Below, piece after piece: positions 10,800 to 21,400 of a DNA stretch of 64,000 bases. Under the pieces are notes generated by a model, which was not told where the DNA came from, searched no databases, and saw only the letters and a program-made list of their open reading frames with translations. Position 1 is the first letter of the stretch; each line of letters begins with the position of its first letter. A program made the position numbers and the translations under genes. Origin of the DNA: Chrysemys picta bellii (lineage: Eukaryota); NCBI RefSeq assembly GCF_011386835.1, contig NC_088797.1, forward strand, positions 34,410,001 through 34,474,000, given 5' to 3'.

Positions 10800-12400
10800 G
10801 GGTTCTTTGCCCCCTAGTCCCCACATCCCCACTCACCACAAAGCCGCGGCCTGAAAGGATCCGCCTACTCCCGCCCCCTGCTGCCTGCCTGTGCCACTTC
10901 TCCAACCTCTGCTGCTTGATTGGCTCGGAATCACTGTCAGTCTCCGGTTTCCCCCGAAGATTGGATACCGGCCGCTGTCATTCAATCTCCATTCCTGTCG
11001 ATTAGTTTGAAGCGCCCGTCCATCAACTCGACTCATCAGTTGATTGGTTTCCCATAAAATGTCACGCTCACGCTCTGCCCGCTGACTGGCCGCAGAAAGA
11101 TATTCCTCAGCCCTTCAGCCATCTCAACAGGCACTGGTCAGACCCGGGTCCTCCTAATGATTGGTCAACGCCCTGGTGTCACTCCACCAGCCCCGTCTGG
11201 TGATTGGTGGGATAACTTAGCCCTCCATTTCGTGTGGGGGCGGGACGTCGGTCTCCATAGTAGCCGATGAGGGGTGTGCGTGAGGGAGAGGCGGGGTGAG
11301 CGCCGCGGGAGCTATACTGTGTTCTCTCGGGGTTGGGCGGCAGAGCAGAAAGTTTGTTTTCTTGTTATTTGTTCGCTGCGATCCCTCAGCCGTGTTCCCC
11401 TCCCCGCCCTGCGCTCCTCACCCTGGCGGGGCGGGGTGGGGTCTCCTCCCCCCTCGGGGTGTCCGTGAAAGTCCCCTCGGGCACCAGGCAGCGGGAGGCA
11501 GCCGATACCCGACGGAGTGTCCCGGCCCCTCCGTAGGGGTTCTTGCTCCCCTCCCCCGGGCTGCGGCAGCCGAGGGGCGCCTCCCGCTATGGCCCGGCTC
11601 GGGCTCGTGGCGCCTGTCCCCGGAGGGCAGGGAGTCGGCCGCCAGGGGGAGCCGCGCCGCGGGCACGGGCCGGCGCGTTGCCAGCTGTCATTTCAAACCA
11701 GCCCCGGGGTTTGAATGTCAACGGGCGCGGGAGCCGGGCCCGCCTCTTCCTTCCCCGCCACTCGCCCGCCCGGCATGAGGAGACGGGGGTCGCTGCGCGC
11801 GGGGACTCCCGTGAGGCGCTCCACGCGCCTGGCGCAGAGTAGCGCGGAGGAGACGGTGAGAGCAGGGGGCGCCCCCGCGGGGGGCTTCGAGGGGGCGGGG
11901 AGCCCCGCGGGTCGGGCTGGGCGGCCCCGGCTCTGAGCGCGGCCGTTGCCGCCCAGGCCCTCAGCGGCTTTTAGGGGCTGGGGGGCAGGCTCCGGCCGGC
12001 GCGGCGCCCCCCGACCCAGCCAGCACCACGGCCCCGCGGGGCGCCTCCCCAACCCGGCCGGCGCGTTCGGCTGAGAACTCTGCCCCCCGAGCAACCTGGC
12101 ACTCGGAGCTCGGCCTGCGGGGCCAGCAATGCCGGGGCTCCTCCCCCCCCAGCTGGTGCCGCTCGGTGGGTGACGCGCGCGGTCCGAGGGTTTGTCATCG
12201 CGCCAGGACCCCCGAGCGCTGGGCAAGGGCAGAACAGGAAGAGGGGCCCGGGCAAGAAAGAGGCAAGTTGTGGAAAAGCTGCGCTGCTCTAGGCTGTGCC
12301 TGCCCGACAGCACCGCGGCACCGGTGCATGCAGCTCCCCTGCTGTGAGTGACATCCCCGCTTGCTTCAGCGCTGCGTGGGGTTCCACCGAATGGCTGGGT
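10800..12400. promoter_or_regulatory. CpG island with bidirectional promoter for ZBTB3 (-) and the PLD3-like gene (+)
   Basis: Very high CpG density. ATTGG (CCAAT) at 10919, 10960, 11043, 11160 and 11203, and a GC box GGGGGCGGGAC at about 11236-11246. Outward-facing splice donors at 10836 (-), 11296 (+) and 11856 (+). Confidence 0.75.
10837..10900 (-). other. ZBTB3: Probable non-coding first exon of ZBTB3 (5' boundary approximate)
   Basis: Minus-strand donor TGTG|GTGAGT (plus-strand 'actcaccaca' at 10831-10840) at the edge of the CpG island. It pairs with the acceptor at 9783-9782. Confidence 0.55.
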
Positions 12401-15400
12401 CTGTCGCTGTAATAAATCCTCCCTTCCAGCAGCCTAGTGAGGTCTGTCCCAAGGCTTAGGTCAGCTTAACTGTCTCCTGCGTGTGACTTTTTCACAACCC
12501 GGAGGCAGGCAGCTAGATCAAGCCCCAAGTTTTAAGTGTAGACCAGGCCTTAGTCTCATGCTAGTAGGCGGTTTATTGTTTAATCCAAAAGAAAATTGAG
12601 GTGACTTGATGACAATCTGTAACTGCTGCACAGGGAGGAGAGTTCTAACGGCAGCTGTCAAAGGCAGAATGCAATCCAATGGTTGGGAGCTGAAGACTCT
12701 GACTAGAAGAAAGGCACTTTTAACAGGGGGTGTAATTAACCATTAGAACAATTTACCCAGCCTCATGGTGGATTGCTCATCATCTGCAGTCTTTACATTA
12801 TGACTGGATGATTTTTCTAGTTCTGCTTTCGCTCAACCAGACGTTATGGGGTACAGTTGAGTGGGAAGTGATTTTGAGAATTTAAGAGTAAAAACCCTCT
12901 TGCACATCAGGCCAAAGTCATGAATTAAATTTTTTTTTGCTTTATGTTAATCAAATTACTTCCTTCTGAGAATTTTGACTTTTCTTCCTCCACCTTTTTT
13001 TCAGTTTCAGAGTAGCAGCCGTGTTAGTCTGTATCCGCAAAAAGAACAGGAGTACTTGTGGCACCTTAGAGACTAACAAATTTATTAGAGCATAAGCTTT
13101 CGTGGACTACAGCCCACTTCTTTGGCGGGCTGTAGTCCACGAAAGTTTATGCTCTAATAAATTTGTTAATCTCTAAGGTGCCACAAGTACTCCTGTTCTT
13201 TTTTTCAGTGTAAATGAAGTTACTTTTCAAAACAAAAAACAGAACTTTGTTTTGAGAGTGGGATACTTCAGCAACTTCCCAATTTGTTTTTCCTGCTTGA
13301 ATTTTTTTTCCCATCAGGGCATGAAATTCATTAAACCCAAAACCTTTTCTGGAACAGTTGGAGTTCTGATATTTTTTGGCCAAAGTGTTTTGTTAATAAA
13401 TCTCCAGCCAGCACTAGTTCCGGACTTGAGGCAGGAACTGCTGTACAAGGTTCTCTGGCCTGTGCTATGCAGGAGGTCAGTTTACATGATCAGAATGGTC
13501 CCTTCTGGCTCTAACATCTGTGACACTGTATTGCCTGGACTCCAGCCAATATCAGGACTCTGCAGAGACAGGTGCTTTGTCAACACACAGCAAGAGCCAC
13601 TCCCTGCCCTGGAGAGCTCACCCTGTACTCTACTCGACAAAGGCTGGGCGGGGAAACAGAGAGATTTGCCCAAGGTCATGTTTTTGGAAGATCCAGGACT
13701 AGACCCTAATCCAGTGACCTAGCCACTAAAACACGCTGCCTCCCTATGCCTTGGAGCTCCCCTTGCCATAGTGTTGGAGTGAAAAAAATGTCAGCAATTC
13801 ACTGAAGGTTTTAAACAGCCTGAATAAAAAACCCTCTCTCTGCTCAGAGAGTCAGGTTTCACTTCCTTGTCACTTGTGGTGTCACAAACCCACCAACTCT
13901 TCTGTTGCCTGTAGAGCCACTGCAGGTGGGCGAGGACTGAAGTTTTAAGATAAAAAAAAAAAAAAAAAAAAGGCAAGGAAAAGTGACCAAAGTTCATTTT
14001 ACAAAGAAAACATCCCTCTGTGCCAAGAACAAGCTTTCAGCCCCAAGGGGCAATTTCTTACCTGGGATTTGGAGTTACCTTGGGGGAAGTCTCTCACCCA
14101 GCACCATTATGGGACTATACTGGAGAGAGGTTTGGGTACCTGGTGTCCTCTCCCTCCTGATGGTTTATTACCCTGAGGCACAGGTCTCGCTGTTCTAAAT
14201 CCAGTATTGCCAACCCCAAAACCACTAACCAATCAAGAGGCAGGCCAGGTAGCAGGGTTACACAGTCTGGCTTCAGGCCCTGCCACTGTCTCAGTTTTTC
14301 TTCCATCTCACATCAAACCACCCACCACAGCTGGTGTTTTCACAGTATTGCTCTTCTGGGGGTGGTTTAGTACTATCAAACCTCCCCCTTTCAGTTTATC
14401 TGGGCTTTCGCTTGCTTATAGCAGTTCAGCCCTCCTAATAAGCTTCTATTCCCTGCAACTTAGACTTATTCCTCAACAAATACATATGCCCTACCCAGCC
14501 ACTCTGTGGCTGCCCCTTATGTTCCCTAGCAGGCCTGGTTTCTAGTTACATGCCATTGTCAGGGTCCCCTGGTGTCATTCCCTTCACCTGGGGAAGTGGG
14601 CTAAGTTTAGCACAAGTGAGGCTGAGCCCCTCCTCCCCCTTAAAGGACCAGTTCACCTCTGACCAACCCCAAGAAATAATGAAATTTAAAAACAAGAATA
14701 AATGTATGTTCCTTTTCATTTGAGCTCTTAGGGTCATGCCCAGGACACACCTAGGGACTGTTAGGAGCATACCTGGGTCATGTTTTCAAGCTTTTCTCTG
14801 CAATCACGAGGGCTAGAAACTTATTCTTTTTTAAGGGCAAGCTGCAATTCTTACAGGAGCTGAGGCTTTAGGTAAAGTGCCAAATGTAATGAGGATTAAC
14901 AGCGCTGTAAACTACAATCCCTTGTTAATTTGTAATCTCTGATGAAATTGAGCCTGCAGATGTGGGCAGCTCCCAGCGTCAGTGTCCAGCTCCTATTCTA
15001 CCTGGGAGAGGAATATTAACCAGGGCTCCACACTCCTCTACAGGTCCTGAGCGAGGTGCCTAGTGCTGAGGGAGGGAGCTTTCCCCTCGTTCTGCAGCCC
15101 CGGGCCAGCATCAAGGCCCACAAACTGCATCTTACTCCGGCCCGGGATCCATCGCCCACTCCAGCCAGTGATCCTACCCCCGTGCCAGCCATGGAGCCCT
15201 CGGCTGGGTCAGCCCTGGAGCCCTTGCCAATATTAACCAGGGAGCCTCCACTGCCCCAGCTCAAGGATGAACCCACCAGGACTGCGATGAAGAGAGGCCT
15301 TTCCCGGAAGCCAGCAGCAAGGCTGGAGGCTTCCAGGAGCAATAGATGGGTGGCACTGGACCAAGATGCCCACTTGGTGAGTTGCTCTGTCTTGTCTGTG

Positions 15401-18400
15401 CTGGTTTGCATGTCTGGGTCTGGAGTGATCCCTTCCCCCATTCTCCCTCACCCCTAGCTGTTACTGGTGGGTTAGCTCCTCCCAGTGCTCCACAGGGATA
15501 GGACGTTTGGTGCTGTACAGACTATGCAGATGGGCCGCTGTCTCCATTAGCCCCATGTAGCGTCTCTCAGGGACTGTGCAGCCTCTGGCAGAGCTGATAT
15601 CTGGCTATTTTTGTTTCCCTTCCAGTCACCCTATGTGAGGCTGAAGAGGCTGCAGATCTCAGAGGAGGATGAAGAAAAGGAGGAGCTTTTCCCCACCCGA
15701 AGTGAGAGCTCAGGGGAGAAAGAGGTAATGTGGTCCCTCCCTTCTCTAGCCCCTATGCCTCAGCCATCCTGGATTTCCCCCTAGAGGTGAGAGGGGTGTT
15801 CTGTGTCCACAGTCCCTTCTGCTGAGGCTGCCCACAATGGGACCAGTCAGGAACAGTTGTGCTGGGGACATCTGCCTGATGGACTGGGGTCAGCAAACAG
15901 CTATCAGATTAGAATGGGTTTCAGTCACTACTGATCTGGGGCTGGATCGGAGCCAGCACCCCCTAGAGAGAAAAGGCCCCGTGTCCCATTCCCCAGCCTC
16001 CTGAGCCAACCAGTCCTCCCTGATGCTGAGGCTGGATCGGAGCTGATGCCTTCTAGCAGCAAAAGGCCCCATCTCCCACACCCGACCTGACTGAGCCAGC
16101 CAATCCCTATGCACTGGGACTGGATCAGAGCTGGGGCGCTTTATCAGTGAAAGCCCCATATCCCATTCCCTGCCCCCCCGAGCCCTGTAGCTCCATGGAC
16201 AGTCTGGCCCTCCCATGAGTAATAGGGGTCTTGGGTTGTGGCTCTTGCTGATGCTACCCAGCCCACTCTAGGTGGGGCTTGGAGCAGCCTCACTGTGGCT
16301 GGCTAGCAGACCCTCACATTAGGCACAGGTAGTGGCTGATCCCAGGTCTCAGGCTCTGCAGCCCCCTCTGCCCCAACTTGTACCCCTCTATTGCTCAGTG
16401 CTGTTTTAGGCCATTCTTATCCTTGCACCAGAGGGACAATGCTTGGGGACTGGGGGCTGCCTCTCTCTCAACCAGGCTAAGGACCACCCTTTGGCTTGGC
16501 TGTCTCCCACTGCAGAAGCTGAACCTGGACTGGCAAGAGTTCAGAGATGAGAGAGCCCAACTGCAGGTGCTGGAGACTGCACTGCTTGGCTCAGAGACAG
16601 CCACTGTCACGGAGATCATGGCCCCCAGGCTGCAGGGCAAAGCGGCCAGCAACACCCCCAGGCTGCAGGGCACAGCTGTCTGGCTGCAAGGTGGGGCAGC
16701 CAGCAGTCTCCCTAGGCTACAGGGTGGGGCCCGCAGGTTGCAGGACAGGGCGCAGATCAGCACCCCCAGGTGGCAGAGTGCAGCTCCCAGACTGCGGAGT
16801 GTGGCATCTGGGACTCCAGTTCTGACAGAGACAGATACTCCCAGGGTGCGGCACGTTGCCCATGGAACACCGAGCTTGGCGATGTGGACAGAAACTGCAG
16901 CACTCAGGTCACCAGCTCCCAGACCCAAGAACCCAGGGAAGCCGAGCAAGGTAAAGGAGAGATCCACACCTCTGCACTGGAGTGTCCAGGTAGTCTATGT
17001 GCTGAGCTCCCTGCTCCATGTCTAGTTGTAGCACCAGGCTCCCTTCCTTGCCCCTCCACACTGGGTGCCTAACATAGTCTCCCTTTAAACAGCTGACCCA
17101 TTTCCTGACAGCCATGGCAGCTCCCCTCAGAGCCATACCCTAATGCCACAGGCAGGGAAGTAAGAGCACAGAGTTGCTTTCTCACACTGGCTGGGGGGCA
17201 GTCTCGGCTTGTGGGAGGGCATCATTGGCTCAACCGCTGTGAATGGAACATTCCCTGCCATGGAGAGCACTGTGCTCAGCAACCTTTCTCTGCACTGCAG
17301 CATTGGGTTCTGAACACTACTACTTGGAAGAGAGCAGAGCTGGTCCAACCAGCCCCCGTCCTGTCCCTGGAAGGGTTGGATGGACACAGATATGGGTCCT
17401 TGTCCATGGGGCTCCTGGAGAAGTGTCCCTTTGTTATGTTGGTTCCTGCCCAGGCAGGGCTCCCCACTAAGCGCTATTCTCTCTCTTGTTAGCATTTCCT
17501 TTTCTCGTCCACCTGCTGCATCCTTCTTCCCTTCCTGCTCATCTTGGGCTTCTCTGGTTGGTTCCTGTGGGAGCACAGCAGCCCTGTCTCTGTCCTGGGG
17601 TTGATGGAGCAGTGGCAGCTGGGCTGGAGCCATGTTGCCAGCTTGTGGAGAGAGCCAGAGGAGGAGTGCAGCCCACAGTGCAGGTAAGGGATCCTGCAGG
17701 GGGCAGGCTGTTACACGGAGGTGGTGGGCAGTAGCACATAGTGACAGCACAGACTCTGCAGGCGGTAGCAGATGGCTGTGCTTGGTCTCGGACTCAGCAG
17801 ATGCTTGGAGTGGAAGGGAGCTGGATTTTGCTCTGGTCTCTGCTTGTCCTGGCAAGTACTGATGCCCTCACTACCCCTGTTGAGGTGTCCATCTCCTAAC
17901 CCTGCCCATCTCTCCTCTCTCTCTGTGGCTGCTGCAGTTTGGTGCTGGTGGAAAGCATCCCTGTGGGCCTGGATTACAAACACTTCAACTCCCGCCACCT
18001 CCCCATTTTCCAGGCCTGGATGGACCTGTTGGATGCTGCCAACCGCTCTGTGGACATCGCAGCTTTCTACTTCACTCTCCGGGACTCAGACATGCAGGAG
18101 GAAGAACCCTCATCCTGGCAGGTGGGCTCAGCACAGGTGGAGGAAGCCCTTATCAGTTCCTGTTCTGGGGTGAGAGGGAAGGAAGGGGTTGCTAAGCCAT
18201 AACACTCATGCTGCTCCCTGCAGGGCAGGCAGGTGTTGGAGAAGCTGCGGGACCTGCCTTCTCGGGGGGTGAAGCTCAACATTGCTGTGAATAGCCCCCA
18301 GAAGTCTGACCGGGACACCGAGGAGCTGGCCAGCAAAGGTAACATAGGGGTCGGGACAGCCCCCGAGCCTGGGTGGGGATAGGGGCATGAGGGGAAGTGT

Positions 18401-21400
18401 CAGCCCTAGGAAAGGGGCAGACAAGACCCCACCCAGCTGTGCTGGGATAGCCAGGCTGAGAGAAGCGGGAAAGGATGTCTCTGTGTGATAGCCACTGTTC
18501 TGCTGGTGCCCCCTGCAGGTGCAGATGTAAAGTATGTGGAGTTGGAGCGCCTGACTGGAGGAATTGTGCACACCAAGTTCTGGGTGGTGGATGGCAAGCA
18601 CGTTTACATTGGCAGCGCCAACATGGACTGGCGCTCGCTGACACAGGTACCACAGCGGGTAGAGGGCAGACAGAGGGGAGGTTACTCACAGGGACTGGCA
18701 CTCGAGAGGGTGTGGAAAGAGGGGAGGTGTGCTCACAGGGACTGGCGCTCACTGACACAGGTACTGCAGGGGGCACGCAGGGGGACTGAGTGCTCACAGG
18801 GACTGGAGCTCACTCTCCTGGGTCCCTGTGGGGCAGGGTTAGGACTGGAGCTGGGGCTCATGTTGGAGTTGGGCATTGGGCAGTGTGGCTGGCTGCCCAC
18901 TGGGGCTGCACTCACTCTCCTGGGGTTTAGAGTTCAGCCTGGGGCTCCTGTTGGAGCTGGGGCAAGGTCATGTTTGCTGCGTGGCTGTTCCCAAACACCT
19001 CTTCCTTGCAGGTAAAGGAGCTGGGTGCTGTGCTCTACAACTGCAGCTGTGTGGCTGGTGACTTGCACCGGATCTTCGCCATGTACCGTGCATTGGGAGG
19101 GCAGGGGGCCTCACTCCCGACGGTGTGGCCGGCTTATGTCTCCGCGAAGTCCAGCCTCAGCCGCCCCCTGAAGCTGCAGCTCAATGGCAGCAGTGCAGAA
19201 CTGTACCTCTCCGTAAGTGTCCAAGTAGGCTCTGTCGGGTCAGGCAGCAAATCGTGGCTGCTTCCTGGACTCTGGGGCTGGCCTGGATGGCTCTCCAGTG
19301 CATGGGGGGCAGCCACCTAGAACTCTCTGCCAGGGGCCTCTCCCTGTCTCAGGAGGCCCTGTTACTCGCTCCCCAGAGTCTGTGCTGTGGCACACACTGA
19401 CCCTGAGGGGTTCTGAGCCCCAGAAGGCCCCGTCATTCGCTCCTGGATTCTGTGCTGACACACGTCCTGCCTGTTTCTGTATCTGTGTTCGTTTGTATTG
19501 CAGAGCTCCCCTCCCGCCCTCTGCTCCACTGGCCGTACCCCAGACCTCACAGCCATTGTCAGCACCATCCAGGATGCCCAGGCCTTTGTCTACATCTCGG
19601 TGATGGACTATGTGCCCCAGTGCACCTTCTGCCAGCCTAAGAGGTGGGGGCCACAGGATGTGCAGGCTGAAAGTGGGGTACAGGCAGTCAGCTCCCCTGA
19701 CATTGTCTCTTCTAGACACAGCTGGGAGTCCTGTGCTATCCTCCCCCATGAGGCTGGCAGCAGGGACAACCTGGGCTCTGCAGACAGTGAGGATGGGGAG
19801 GAGAGATGGAGGGCCAGACACAGGCTGGCACTAGTGAATGTCAGATAAATGGCTGGGGGTGGGCAAGGTGGGGTGCTGTTATTGGGGAGCTGGGCAGATG
19901 GGGGGTGGGTGGGCTGGACCATGACCTGGGGACTGGGCTGGTTGGGGAGAGGGGAGGGAAGTTGGGTGGCTCTGACCCAGAGGGTGGGCAGTTGGGAGAC
20001 CATGGCCTGAGGGCTGGGACCCGGGGGCTGAGCAGTTGTGAGGCTGTGGCCCAAGGTCTTGGCATTTGGGGGGCTGGGGGGCTGTTGTATGTGAGGTGTC
20101 CTGTCCCCTGACCTGGTCTCCTTGGGCTGCCCTCCAGGTTCTGGCCGGTCATTGATGATGCACTGCGTGCTGCGGCCTGCAACAGGCACGTGAAGGTGAG
20201 GTTGCTCATTAGCTGCTGGCAGCACTCGGACCAGTCCATGTTCCTGTTCCTGGAGTCGCTCAGTGTCCTCAGCCGGGAGCCTCTGGGCTGCCCGATCGAA
20301 GTGGTGAGTCCTGGAGTGGTGCAGGAATAGGGACCTGAAGTGCCTGGGGCTGGGGCTGGCTGGGGGACCGTTCCACTCCATGACTCAGCCCAGGGGCCAG
20401 CTGGTAGGAAGTTCTCTCTATGTCAGTGCCTTGCATTGGCAAGGGGTCACAGATTACCTCTGTAATCTTTTTTCAACCTTTGTGTTGAAAAGTTCCCAAT
20501 TAATATTAAGTTGTTAAAGCTAAATTGCAATAAAACCATCTTAGTTTTCAGTTTTGAGCCTCTAGTCAATTACAGAAAATGTATTTAGTAGAGGACCACT
20601 AGGTGACACTTTGAATGCTACAACCAAACTTTATTAAAAAGAAAAATCCTTAGATAAGCAAACAGGCACGCCATTATCACTTACACAGTACTACAATCTT
20701 AGGCCAGGTCTACACTATAAACTTACATTGGAATAATTACATTGCTTATCCAGGGTTGTGTCCTTGCTAACGCTTATTTTCTCATAAGATGGTATCTCCA
20801 GCTTATCTCTAACTTTCTCACACTAGCAATGTCAGTTTCCCATACTCCTCTACACTTAGGTTTTGGGCCTAAGTTAGCTTAACTTTTACTTATTTCTTAA
20901 CCTAAACCATCCTTTGTAGGTTATACCAGGACATGCTAGACCTATAGGCTCAAAGGTGACTTTGTGTTTGTCTCTTTCAGAAACTCTTTGTTGTCTCCAC
21001 GTCGGTTGAGGAGAAACAGATTCCCTTCTCCCGTGTCAACCACAACAAGTACATGGTGACCGACCGCCTAGCCTACATTGGTGTGTGCCTCCCCAGCTAT
21101 GGGGTGGGGGATCAGCCCAAGGGTCTGGAATCATGGGCTAAGCAGGCCAGAGAAGCCATCACTGGGACCAGTTACAGCATTTCAAAGTCCAGTGATGGGT
21201 GGGAGTTTTGGGAGCCAAGACTCCTGGGTTCTTCCCCAGAACTGGGAGGGGAGTGCGGTTCAGTGGGTTAGAGCAGAGAAGGGGTGTTAGCCACGATTGG
21301 GCCCCTGAATGAGTCAGTGTTGATTCCCTGCAGACTTGATGTTTGCTCCTCTCTTGGCAGGCACCTCAAACTGGTCTGAGGATTACTTCACCAACACTGC

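Noticed and set aside
15702-15703. GT at 15702 as the constitutive donor of the YVRL exon
   Set aside because: Phase 1 joining to 16516 gives a stop after 11 codons. The GAG|GTAATG donor at 15725 keeps the frame.
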